A stretch of 60,765 nucleotides of DNA, taken from contig CAXTTV010000003.1 in assembly GCA_964247295.1 (NCBI GenBank), positions 8,681 to 69,445 on the forward strand, written 5' to 3'. The position numbers and the translations under genes are program-made. This document shows, one piece after another, positions 18,046-26,887 of the stretch. Below the pieces are notes generated by a model, which saw only the letters and a list, made by a program, of their open reading frames with translations, was not told where the DNA came from and did no database searches. The DNA is from an uncultured Ktedonobacteraceae bacterium (GTDB taxonomy: Bacteria > Chloroflexota > Ktedonobacteria > Ktedonobacterales > Ktedonobacteraceae). The stretch's first letter is position 1; every line of letters begins with the position of its first letter.

Positions 18046-19179
18046 CTAGAGATAGGCCCGAGCCTCGCTGGCTTTAAAGCTGGCATAGATGCTCTGGCCT
18101 TCCATCAGGTCCATTTCGGCGGCGGAGTTCGCGGTGATCTCAGCGGTGAGTTGTAACCCTCCTAATTCCTGAATCAGACTGACCCGGACGCGGCCCTGGT
18201 CCTGCTCAATTGGCAAGATCTGAAGGATTTTTCCCTGGAAGCTGTTTCGGGCCGAGCCCTCGGGTCCCTCTCGGTGCAGTGTAATACTTCGAGGATCAAC
18301 AACAACGCTGATCTGCTGCCCTGGTTGGCCCTGTTCCTCTTCTAGCATGGCCTGCACCTCAACCTCTCCAGCTTCCAATTCGATGCGAGCTAGTCGACTC
18401 TGGCGCTCATGGAGCTTCCCCTGAAAAAAGTTCATCCCGACCAGCTCGGCTACATAAGAGGATCTGGGATACCTCAGGAGATCCTGCTGACCTCCCTGCT
18501 GAAGAAGCCTCCCTTGCTCCAGGACGAGAATCTGCTCCCCGAAGACCAGCGCATCCAGATAGTTGTGTGTAACCATTACAGTGGTGATGCCCGTCTCACG
18601 CAGAAGCTGGCGCAGCTCTTGACGGATCTCCCTTCTGGTCTGAACATCCAGGGCCGCTAAGGGCTCATCCAGCAATAATAGTTCAGGCTTTAAAACCAGG
18701 GCTCGGGCGATCGCGACCCGTTGCTGCTGCCCACCTGAAAGCTGTGCTGGCCTTCGTTTCTCATATCCCGTCAAACGGACCTGCTCCAGCGCCTCTCCAA
18801 CTGTGCTCTTGATCTGCCCATTGGGTAGATGCTGAGATCTCAATCCGAAACAAATGTTCTCCCAGACGTTTAAATGAGGGAAGAGTGCGTAATCTTGAAA
18901 AACGTATCCGAAGGGCCTTTGCTGGGGCGAACGATAGATATTGTGCTCACTGTCAACATAGGTTATGCCATTGAGCACAATCAGCCCGCGCTGAGGTTTT
19001 GAGAGGCCAGCAAGGAGTTGGAGAACAGTACTTTTTCCGGCTCCACTTTCTCCCAGTAGGACCGTTGTTTTACCATTTTCAGCAGAAAAGCTCAGTTCCA
19101 GATGGAAAGATTGGAGCGTCATATCAAAAAAGCACTCTAGCATATTTCTAGTATAAACGAGCTTGAGGCTTCTTTGCAA
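18046..19179 (-). CDS. ABC transporter ATP-binding protein with C-terminal TOBE domain (ModC/CysA-like)
   Basis: Walker A GESGAGKST, ABC signature LSGGQQQRVAIARAL, Walker B LLLDEP. C-terminal TOBE-like region. The probable start is ATG 19143 (MLECFF...). No permease gene is adjacent. Confidence 0.85.
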   Translation of the reverse strand: MQRSLKLVYTRNMLECFFDMTLQSFHLELSFSAENGKTTVLLGESGAGKSTVLQLLAGLSKPQRGLIVLNGITYVDSEHNIYRSPQQRPFGYVFQDYALFPHLNVWENICFGLRSQHLPNGQIKSTVGEALEQVRLTGYEKRRPAQLSGGQQQRVAIARALVLKPELLLLDEPLAALDVQTRREIRQELRQLLRETGITTVMVTHNYLDALVFGEQILVLEQGRLLQQGGQQDLLRYPRSSYVAELVGMNFFQGKLHERQSRLARIELEAGEVEVQAMLEEEQGQPGQQISVVVDPRSITLHREGPEGSARNSFQGKILQILPIEQDQGRVRVSLIQELGGLQLTAEITANSAAEMDLMEGQSIYASFKASEARAYL

Positions 19180-19229
19180 TGAGTTGTGAGAGCCTCAGCA
19201 ATTTGCTTACTTTTACTTAGATACATAAC

Positions 19230-19258
19230 TTGCGTTAGAGCAGGTGTAATGGTATACT
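19230..19258 (+). promoter_or_regulatory. Putative promoter TTGCGT-N17-TATACT
   Basis: Read directly upstream of the HxlR-family gene. Confidence 0.35.
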
Positions 19259-19314
19259 ATGTTCGACAGTTTCTATCCTATTCTGGTTCATTGCAACTGG
19301 AAAGCAAAAAAGAT

Positions 19315-19677
19315 ATGATATCCAAATCAACAACATCTACAGAAAGAATTGCGAACGCGAAGCATATCTGTCCTCGATATGAATACGCGATTGGGATCCT
19401 TGGGAAGCGTTGGACGGGACTACTGCTGGAGGCCCTGATGGATGGGCCGCGCCGTTTCTGTGAGCTAACTGCTGCGGTTGAAGGGCTTTCCGACCGGGTA
19501 CTTAGTGATCGTCTGCGTGAATTAGAGACGCAGGAGATTGTCGAGCGCGTTGTTTATCCACATGTGCCGGTCCGCGTTGAGTACAGGCTGACTGAGAAGG
19601 GACAGGCTTTAAAGCCCGTGGTTGATCAGATCCACGTGTGGGCTGAGCAGTGGGGTCCCTGCACCGATTCCGAGTAG
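19315..19677 (+). CDS. HxlR-family (MarR-like winged helix) transcriptional regulator
   Basis: CPRYEYAIGILGKRWTGLLL...RVLSDRLRELE...VEYRLTEKG matches the HxlR signature. The track ORF start 19186 overlaps the ABC gene. ATG 19315 (MISKS...) is preferred. Confidence 0.8.
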   Translation: MISKSTTSTERIANAKHICPRYEYAIGILGKRWTGLLLEALMDGPRRFCELTAAVEGLSDRVLSDRLRELETQEIVERVVYPHVPVRVEYRLTEKGQALKPVVDQIHVWAEQWGPCTDSE

Positions 19678-19740
19678 CTTACTGCCCGGCCTCCTTTCTC
19701 CTTTGGGTATCGAACCAGGCGGTTATGATATACTGGGGAT

Positions 19741-20238
19741 ATGGAGAATTTATGGGCCCCCTGGCGTATGGCCTTTATTACGCCTAAAAAGGACCAGCCT
19801 GATGAGGGCTGCATTTTCTGCACAAAACCAGCGGCCAACAAGGATGACGAGAACTACATTGTCTACCGAGGGAAGCGCTGTTTTGTGATGCTCAACCTCT
19901 ATCCCTACAACAACGGCCACTTGATGGTCGCGCCCTACAAGCACAAAAGCACGATTGAGGACCTGGATGCTGAAGATCTGGGTGAGATGATGAGTCTGGC
20001 GCAGCTCATGCTCAAAGCGTTACGCGAGGTAATGAATCCACACGGCTTCAACATGGGAATCAATCAGGGGAAGATCGCGGGAGCGGGCTTCGCCGATCAC
20101 GTGCATTACCATGTTGTCCCCCGGTGGGATGGGGACACCAACTTTATGCCGGTGCTTGCCGACATCAAAGTTATTCCCGAGCACCTGGATACCGTTTATA
20201 AACATCTGAAAGAAGCGGTTGCGGATATCCAAACGTAG
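19741..20238 (+). CDS. HIT-family nucleotide hydrolase/transferase
   Basis: Histidine triad HVHYHVVPR, with N-terminal CIFC. Confidence 0.8.
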   Translation: MENLWAPWRMAFITPKKDQPDEGCIFCTKPAANKDDENYIVYRGKRCFVMLNLYPYNNGHLMVAPYKHKSTIEDLDAEDLGEMMSLAQLMLKALREVMNPHGFNMGINQGKIAGAGFADHVHYHVVPRWDGDTNFMPVLADIKVIPEHLDTVYKHLKEAVADIQT

Positions 20239-20489
20239 GAGAGCTGCCTGCGAGTCTGTTGAGAAAAGGGAACGCCCTTGAGGTGCGGTAGGAGCGCTTC
20301 GCGAAGCGTGCGCATCCTTTCGGGGTCGCAGGATCTCCCCGGAGGCATGGCGCGGTGCGCCAGATGCGGCACGTCATCGCGGCGCTCGACGGGCCGTCCT
20401 ACGCCGCGTCCACTCTCCGAGACCGTTTTATAACCTTTGATCTTTTAACGGTACTGTGAGCAACTTGCTTCTTAAATTGAAACCCCCTT

Positions 20490-21953
20490 CTATTTGCCGT
20501 AGGGGTACCACCACGGTTTGCTGCCACCCTCGAAGTCCCAGTGGACGTGCTTGGTCTCGCGAAACTCGTCAAGCCCCTCTTCTCCCAATTCCCTACCTAA
20601 TCCACTTTGTTTAAATCCCCCGAATGGGCCCGCATCGTTATCCGTCAATGGGTCATTGATCCAGAGGGTGCCAGCCTCGACCTCTTCAAAGAATCGCTTG
20701 GCCCGGATGGGATCATAAGTGTAGAGGTTGGCTCCCAATCCATAGGGACTATCGTTAGCTAATGCGATCGCTTCATCAAAGCTGCTATAGGTCATGATCG
20801 GGATGGTGGGCCCGAAGGTTTCCTCGCGCATGATGGGCATACCATGATTGACGTTGGTGAGGACCGTCGGCTCATAGAAGTAGCCTTTGTCTATCTTCTC
20901 TGGACGCCGACCTCCGGTCAGAATTCTGGCTCCCTGAGACCGGGCCTCGTCCACCTGGGCCTCGACTTTGGCTCGGTAGCGATCCCCGATCAGCGGCCCC
21001 ATATCGGTTTCGGGGTCCAGACCTGATCCCAGTTTGAGCTCACGAGCGTACGCGGTGATCCGCTCAATGAACTCGGGCGCAATCTTCTCGTGAACATAGA
21101 CACGTTCGGTCGAGGTGCAGACCTGTCCGCTATTGAGCAGGGCGGCCCAGGCCACGCCCGGAACGGCGATCTCTAAATTGGCGTCTTCCGCGACAATAAA
21201 GGCGTCCTTTCCCCCAAGTTCCAGATGGAGTTTTTTCATCTGGGGCGCGACCAGTCGGGCGATCTGCTGTCCGGTTGCCAATGAACCGGTAAATGCGATC
21301 ATGCGGACCCGTGGATCTACGACCAGCGGCTCGCCGGCCTCTTTGCCGGTCCCACTGATAATATTGACGATGCCTGGAGGCAGGTGCGCGAAAATTTCGG
21401 CGAAGATCAGAGTAGAGAGTGGGGTCATCTCGGATGGTTTTAAGACAACGGTGTTTCCAGCGGCCAGAGCCGGAGCGACCTTCCAAGCCATCAGAAGAAT
21501 GGGATAGTTCCAGGGGACGATCGCCGCGATCACACCGATTGGCTCTTTTAAGACCATTGCCAGTTGCGTCTCTTCTACAGAAGGGATCACTTTGCCCCTG
21601 CTGTGCCGACCGATCTCGGCATAGTATCGGAAGCAAGCCGCCGACCAGCTCATCTCGTCGCGGTTCTCGATCAGTGGTTTCCCACCCTCCAATGTGAGAA
21701 GGTGGGCGATCTCCTCTGTTCGGGCGGTCAACTGCTGAGCGATCTCGTGCAGCAGCTCAGCTTTCTGCCCGGCGGGGAGCCGTTTCCAGGCGGGAAAGGC
21801 CGCCTGGGCCGCACTGATCGCCTTATCAACATCGGCGGCGTTGGCCGCTGGGGCCGTATCAAGGATCTCTTCGGTGGCGGGGTTGCGCACCTCGATCACC
21901 TCTCCCGAGCTGCCTGAGGTATATTCGCCATTGATCCACATTCTGTACGACAT
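20490..21953 (-). CDS. NAD(P)-dependent aldehyde dehydrogenase
   Basis: ALDH motifs VVLKPSE, ELGGK, and the catalytic GQVCTSTER. Confidence 0.9.
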   Translation of the reverse strand: MSYRMWINGEYTSGSSGEVIEVRNPATEEILDTAPAANAADVDKAISAAQAAFPAWKRLPAGQKAELLHEIAQQLTARTEEIAHLLTLEGGKPLIENRDEMSWSAACFRYYAEIGRHSRGKVIPSVEETQLAMVLKEPIGVIAAIVPWNYPILLMAWKVAPALAAGNTVVLKPSEMTPLSTLIFAEIFAHLPPGIVNIISGTGKEAGEPLVVDPRVRMIAFTGSLATGQQIARLVAPQMKKLHLELGGKDAFIVAEDANLEIAVPGVAWAALLNSGQVCTSTERVYVHEKIAPEFIERITAYARELKLGSGLDPETDMGPLIGDRYRAKVEAQVDEARSQGARILTGGRRPEKIDKGYFYEPTVLTNVNHGMPIMREETFGPTIPIMTYSSFDEAIALANDSPYGLGANLYTYDPIRAKRFFEEVEAGTLWINDPLTDNDAGPFGGFKQSGLGRELGEEGLDEFRETKHVHWDFEGGSKPWWYPYGK

Positions 21954-21973
21954 ACGCTTTCCTTGTTCAAGAA

Positions 21974-23569
21974 CTAGTTACCGGCTTCAATCGGAGGCTT
22001 ACTCTTCCAACCGGAGCGGCTGACCTTCCCGGCATTTTTGCGGCTCGTAGTACCGAAATGGGCCTCCAGCAAGCTTGCTCGCTGATAAAGAATCTCTGAG
22101 GCGCGGCCAGCGTCAAAGCTGATACTGTCAATAAGTTCGGGGTCCTGGGAGATCTCTTCAAAGCGAGTCGCGATTGAACGGATCGTCTGGGGATCGGTGA
22201 TCCGTCCATCGCGGACAGAGTCATAAGCCTCGCTGAGCGCCTGAGCCTTCAAAGACTTCGCGGAGACCGGTTCCTGAGGTTGAGCAGGTTGGAGGGGAGC
22301 CTTCTTTAAGTCTGCCCCCTCGATCGCGACTGTCTTGAATTCTAGAGCTGGTACGGTCGCCGGATCATCTCGCTCGGCTTGAATGGGACGACTTGGGCGG
22401 CTGGGGCGACTCGGACGACTGGGTTTACTATGTAACTCAGGTTCAACTGGCTTGCTTAAGCGTGGGATCAGCGTAATATCTTGAATACGTACCCCATTAA
22501 TTAACACGCCCCACGCGATAATCCTGTCTTGCAATCGCTGGGCCAGCCGCATCTCAATCCCTTCCCAGCGGGTCTCATAGGCTGCCAGATCCAGATCAAA
22601 GGCCTGATATTCCGTTGTTGAGCTAAGCTTACGGGAGACCGAACTATGTTGCCAGGCGAGAAAATCTTCGGGATGGAGCTCGTGGACAACGCTTTGTAGC
22701 GTTCCTCGAAATAGCTCATGCAAGCTTTCTTCCCAGTTATTTACCTCGGTCAGCACCAGATGAGCATCTTCCGGCTCCAATTGGTAGCTCAGGACCGCCG
22801 AGAGCTGGATATCCTCATCGCGCGAAACCTGAACCTTTTGGGGTGGACACTGCCAATGCGTCTCACGAGTATTCAACGAGTAGAGGATTTTCTCCCAGGG
22901 GAGCCGAAAGTTCAGGCCAGGGAAAAGTGTGCGATTATACCGTCCGAACGCGAACGCGATATCCACCCGGCCATCGGGCACCGGGTGAAAGGTAAAACGC
23001 CCAATCACCACCGCCAGCGCCACCACAATTGCCAGGAGAACAATACTGATAAACGGGCCGAAGATGGCGAAACAGCCTAGAATTAAAAAAAAGACAAAGC
23101 CAAACGAGAAACCCATTAACCAGAAGGTATCGTTCTCGCCAGCATAATAAAGCACAATCCCTTGAATGATCGCCACCGCGAGCAAGACCAGCCCGAAAGG
23201 TAACAGGCCCGGCGGTGTGAGATATGCCGTACCATTCAAAGAAAAAACGCAGGCTAAAAGAAAAATGAGTCCGCTAATAATTAAAGGGACCAGGATTGGG
23301 GAGGACTGACGTACCATAGAGAGCGCCTGCCGGCCCCGGTTCGCGAGAACCTTTTTGAGATCCTTCTCTTTTGCTCGTGTCTGGTTCCCTTGTGGGATGT
23401 CTTCGTCTAGAGCGTCAGGATCGGGCAGATCATCCTCAAAAGGCGCAAGCTCAGATTGCGCCAGGCTGGCTTCCCCACGCAAGGGCTGACTTGTCTTCTC
23501 GGGACCCTTCCAGTCTGAAGTCATAGGTTTTCTTTTTACCCTCTCATCCGTAAAATCAGCCGACCACAC
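21974..23569 (-). CDS. SPFH/band-7 domain membrane protein with acidic N-terminus and PSR repeat
   Basis: Multiple TM segments. The segment FGRYNRTLFPGLNFRLPWEKI...QVSRDEDIQLSAVLSYQLEPEDAHLVL fits an SPFH domain. A (PSR)4 repeat follows. Confidence 0.55.
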   Translation of the reverse strand: MWSADFTDERVKRKPMTSDWKGPEKTSQPLRGEASLAQSELAPFEDDLPDPDALDEDIPQGNQTRAKEKDLKKVLANRGRQALSMVRQSSPILVPLIISGLIFLLACVFSLNGTAYLTPPGLLPFGLVLLAVAIIQGIVLYYAGENDTFWLMGFSFGFVFFLILGCFAIFGPFISIVLLAIVVALAVVIGRFTFHPVPDGRVDIAFAFGRYNRTLFPGLNFRLPWEKILYSLNTRETHWQCPPQKVQVSRDEDIQLSAVLSYQLEPEDAHLVLTEVNNWEESLHELFRGTLQSVVHELHPEDFLAWQHSSVSRKLSSTTEYQAFDLDLAAYETRWEGIEMRLAQRLQDRIIAWGVLINGVRIQDITLIPRLSKPVEPELHSKPSRPSRPSRPSRPIQAERDDPATVPALEFKTVAIEGADLKKAPLQPAQPQEPVSAKSLKAQALSEAYDSVRDGRITDPQTIRSIATRFEEISQDPELIDSISFDAGRASEILYQRASLLEAHFGTTSRKNAGKVSRSGWKSKPPIEAGN

Positions 23570-23729
23570 TATTTTTCAAACAGGTTTTTACTGGCTGTAA
23601 GCCTTCGTTAAAAAAAGGCTCTACAAGAGGAACGTGCTAAGACTGTCTTGGGAAACTTTGAAGCTATTCTACCTATGTTCACCATACACAGACATCCTAT
23701 TGACAGACAGGTACATTCAGGGACGGACC

Positions 23730-24674
23730 CTATTTTTTCAGGCTACAACCGCCGCAGCCACCGCCACTTCCACAACCGCCACTCTTCCCGGTTCCACAGC
23801 TTCCACAACCGCCGGTTCCACAACTGCCGCAGCCACCCTTAGATTGCGGTTCCTCTACACGCAGTTCTTTCACAGGGACATTAATCGTCACACCGCTCTC
23901 CAGCATAACCTCGACAGCCTCCAGCGGGACATTCACTGAAACAACCTTACCGGGTCCACTTGCTGTATTAAGAATCATCCCCATCTGCGGCATTGTTTGC
24001 TTGGCCTGAATATAATTATCGTTTTCATAAGAAAGGCAGCACATCAGTCGGCCACAAACGCCAGAGATCTTAGTAGGATTAAGGGGGAGGCCCTGCTCTT
24101 TCGCCATCTTGATGGAGACCACACCAAAATCGGTAATCCAGGAGCTGCAACAAAGCGTCTTCCCGCAGGGGCCGATCCCCCCTTGTAGCTTAGCCTGGTC
24201 GCGCGCGCCAATCTGGCGCAACTCTATTCTGGTACGGAAGGTGGCCGCGAGATCTCGCACCAGCAAGCGGAAATCCACCCGCTTGTCCGCAGTAAAATAA
24301 AAGGTCAGACGGCTACCATCAAAGGTATATTCCGCCTCGACCAGTTTCATCGGCAGTTTGTGGGCTGTCACGCGTTCGGCACATTGGACCAGCGCATCCT
24401 TTTCCTTGTTTTTAAAGGAAAGCATCATGCGCAGATCTTCTTCCGCTGCTATCCGCAGAATCGGCTTTAGAGGGTCGGTCAGTTCGCCAGGGAGGATACG
24501 TTTAGAGGCGATGACGATCCGTCCGGCCTCTACACCCCTGCCCGTCTCCACAACCACAAACTGCCCGTTTGTATAACTTTGATCCTCAGGATCAAAGTAG
24601 TAAATGCGTCCGGCAGGTCGAAAACGAATACCGACGACCGAGATGAGAGTCTCTACATGTGTTGCTGGCGACAT
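23730..24674 (-). CDS. PSP1 C-terminal domain protein (RicT/YaaT-like) with Cys/Gly-repeat C-terminal tail
   Basis: The N-terminal 250 aa match the PSP1/RicT family (GIRFRPAGRIYYFDPED...). The tail GGCGSCGTGGCGSCGTGKSGGCGSGGGCGGCS has 11 Cys. Confidence 0.7.
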   Translation of the reverse strand: MSPATHVETLISVVGIRFRPAGRIYYFDPEDQSYTNGQFVVVETGRGVEAGRIVIASKRILPGELTDPLKPILRIAAEEDLRMMLSFKNKEKDALVQCAERVTAHKLPMKLVEAEYTFDGSRLTFYFTADKRVDFRLLVRDLAATFRTRIELRQIGARDQAKLQGGIGPCGKTLCCSSWITDFGVVSIKMAKEQGLPLNPTKISGVCGRLMCCLSYENDNYIQAKQTMPQMGMILNTASGPGKVVSVNVPLEAVEVMLESGVTINVPVKELRVEEPQSKGGCGSCGTGGCGSCGTGKSGGCGSGGGCGGCSLKK

Positions 24675-24739
24675 AGTTGTTATCTTCGCTAGCTAGTAAG
24701 ATGTAAAAGAAAAAGGAGTGGTTTCCCTACCTTCCTTTT

Positions 24740-25312
24740 CTACATCTCATTGGTTAACAGGATCGCTTCCGCTACTTCCCGCATAGATTTGCGGTTATTC
24801 ATACTGGCCTTCTGGATCTTCCGAAACGCTTCGGCCTCGGATAGGCCCTGTTTTTCCATCAACAGACCCTTGGCCCTCTCTACAACTTTGCGGGTCTCCA
24901 GTTGCTCAGACAGGGTTCTGGCCTTCTCTTCCATCGAGCGAAACTCCGCGTAACGGGCCAGCGCCACTTCGATCGCGGGAGCGACCTCGCTCTCGCGCAA
25001 CGGCTTTACAATGTAGTTGACAACACCAGCCTCTTTCGCGCGTTCCACAAGCTGCTGGTCCCCAAAGGCCGTTAGTAATAGAACGGGAGCGACCTTCTCC
25101 TGCGTTAGAATCTCGGCGGCGGCGATCCCATCGACATCCGGCATCCGAATATCCATAATCACCAGATCGGGGCGCAGCTCTCGTGCCAGATTGACCGCGC
25201 TCTGGCCGTCACCAGCCTCACCAACTACCAGATATCCCTGCTTCGTCAGGATATCGCGCAGATCCATGCGTTGAATCGTCTCATCATCGGCAATAATTAT
25301 CCGTGTTGGCAT
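24740..25312 (-). CDS. ANTAR-domain response regulator (REC + ANTAR; AmiR/NasT/PdtaR-like)
   Basis: REC domain with the acceptor Asp in LVIMDIRMPDVDG. C-terminal ANTAR (VVERAKGLLMEKQGLSEAEAFRKIQKASMNNRKSMREVAEAIL). Confidence 0.9.
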   Translation of the reverse strand: MPTRIIIADDETIQRMDLRDILTKQGYLVVGEAGDGQSAVNLARELRPDLVIMDIRMPDVDGIAAAEILTQEKVAPVLLLTAFGDQQLVERAKEAGVVNYIVKPLRESEVAPAIEVALARYAEFRSMEEKARTLSEQLETRKVVERAKGLLMEKQGLSEAEAFRKIQKASMNNRKSMREVAEAILLTNEM

Positions 25313-25536
25313 GGAAATACCTCATCTACAATAGAGATATACGTTCGTGACTATATGCCTTCTTCGACCGCTTATGGGTGGAAGACTCTATAGTCAGGGA
25401 AAATATCATGATTTTGTGGTGGTAATCACACAGAGTATACCATAACTGGGACCAATGAGTCGAGAAAAATTTTTGATGATGTAATATAGAAAGGAACAGC
25501 ACTTTTCTCTTTATAGATACCGCTCCTTCCCAGGTC

Positions 25537-26595
25537 TTAAGCAACGTAGGTTAATAACCCGGTTTCGCTTAAAACTCTATTCAAGAGAAGAGCTTCATGA
25601 ATAATTACTTCTAGCTGCTGCGGGGTAATTGACTGCCGACCATCGCAGAGCGCATGCTCGGGGTCGATATGCGTCTCTAAAATAATCCCGGCTGCGCCGG
25701 CCACTACCGCTGCTCGCGACATCGCCGGGACCAGTTCCCGCTTCCCCGTGGCATGACTGGGATCTACCACCACGGGCAGATGCGTCAGTCCTTCTAACAA
25801 AGGGATACAGGCAAGATCGAGCATGTTGCGCGTGTGGGGCTCAAAGCTGCGCACACCTCGCTCGCAGAGGATTACATTGGGATTGCCCGTTGCCAGAATG
25901 TATTCCGCAGCCAGCAACCATTCGTCGATCGTTGTAGAGAAGCCACGCTTTAACATAATTGGGCGTTTAAGGCTATTGCGCCCGGCAGCCTTGAGCAGGC
26001 TGAAATTCTGGACATTGCGTGCCCCGATCTGAAGGATATCGGCATACTCGGCTACAACCTCTACCGTCTCTGTATCCAGCACCTCAGTAATCACCGGTAG
26101 ACCAGTAATCTCGCGGGCCTCGGCCAGAATTTTCAGGCCCTCGATTTGTAAACCCTGAAACTGGTAAGGGGAGGTGCGTGGTTTGTACGCGCCACCGCGT
26201 AAAATGTTTGCTCCCGCCTTCTTGACGGCTAGAGCCGTGTCCAGAAGTTGATCTCGGCTCTCAACGGCGCAGGGGCCAGCAATAATTATCGGTTGATCTC
26301 CACCGATCTCAACAACCTGTCGGTCCTCGCCGACAGGTACGATCGTCTTCTGTTTGAATGCTTTGCTCGCCAGCTTATAGGGAGTCGTGATCGGGATAAT
26401 CCGGTTGACCGCCGCCTCGTGGGTCAGCGTCTCAAGGGCCAATGGGGGAAGGGCTTTCCCGTCTAGAACGATCACCTCAGTTTTTTCTAATTGGACAGTA
26501 GTGATCGGCGAGAGGTTCCTGATCATCTTATGAAGAAGCGAGAGTAATTGAGCGCGTTCCTCTGTAGTCGCATCATCTTGTAGTTGAATAATCAT
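25537..26595 (-). CDS. 3-deoxy-7-phosphoheptulonate (DAHP) synthase, type I-beta with N-terminal ferredoxin-like regulatory domain
   Basis: The catalytic core PCAVESRDQ...[16 protein letters not shown] resembles KDO8PS/DAHPS I-beta. The N-terminal extension of about 90 aa resembles the T. maritima regulatory domain. AAGGA RBS 9 nt upstream. Confidence 0.85.
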   Translation of the reverse strand: MIIQLQDDATTEERAQLLSLLHKMIRNLSPITTVQLEKTEVIVLDGKALPPLALETLTHEAAVNRIIPITTPYKLASKAFKQKTIVPVGEDRQVVEIGGDQPIIIAGPCAVESRDQLLDTALAVKKAGANILRGGAYKPRTSPYQFQGLQIEGLKILAEAREITGLPVITEVLDTETVEVVAEYADILQIGARNVQNFSLLKAAGRNSLKRPIMLKRGFSTTIDEWLLAAEYILATGNPNVILCERGVRSFEPHTRNMLDLACIPLLEGLTHLPVVVDPSHATGKRELVPAMSRAAVVAGAAGIILETHIDPEHALCDGRQSITPQQLEVIIHEALLLNRVLSETGLLTYVA

Positions 26596-26622
26596 AGCCG
26601 TATCCTTAGTCTTTCAGGTAAA

Positions 26623-26649
26623 CAAAAAAGCAGAGGTAAATTCCTCTGC
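26623..26649 (-). terminator. Intrinsic terminator/attenuator about 27 nt upstream of the DAHP synthase start
   Basis: On the minus strand: GCAGAGG-AAUUUA-CCUCUGC followed by UUUUUUG. Confidence 0.6.
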
Positions 26650-26698
26650 TTGTCCGACATGTAAGTGTTTTTTTTGGCTCAGCACAAAGAACCCACCA

Positions 26699-26761
26699 TC
26701 ATGTCGGAGGGCTAAACCAGTAATAATAGCTAAATTTTATGAAAGTTTGTGTGCTGAGCAT
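26699..26761 (-). CDS. Candidate leader peptide MLSTQTFIKFSYYYWFSPPT rich in aromatic codons
   Basis: Read directly on the minus strand: atg ctc agc aca caa act ttc ata aaa ttt agc tat tat tac tgg ttt agc cct ccg aca tga. Seven of 20 codons are Phe/Tyr/Trp. It sits between the upstream gene and the terminator hairpin in front of DAHP synthase. Confidence 0.45.
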   Translation of the reverse strand: MLSTQTFIKFSYYYWFSPPT

Positions 26762-26887
26762 ACCTGTATCCGTTTTCTTAATAGAATAGCAAGAATCGAA
26801 ACGACAAAGCGGTCGATAGATCCTTATTAGGATTATAAGCGGCCATGCAAATTTCTGTCAAGCTTGATAGGACTGCTTCAAGCCTTT

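Noticed and set aside
19186-19314. Extended N-terminus of the HxlR ORF
   Set aside because: Overlaps the divergent ABC ATPase start and the predicted promoter. Homology begins near ATG 19315.
21130-21636. 168-aa minus-strand ORF and several plus-strand ORFs inside 20490..21953
   Set aside because: Alternative frames of the aldehyde dehydrogenase gene. Arg/Gly-rich junk composition.
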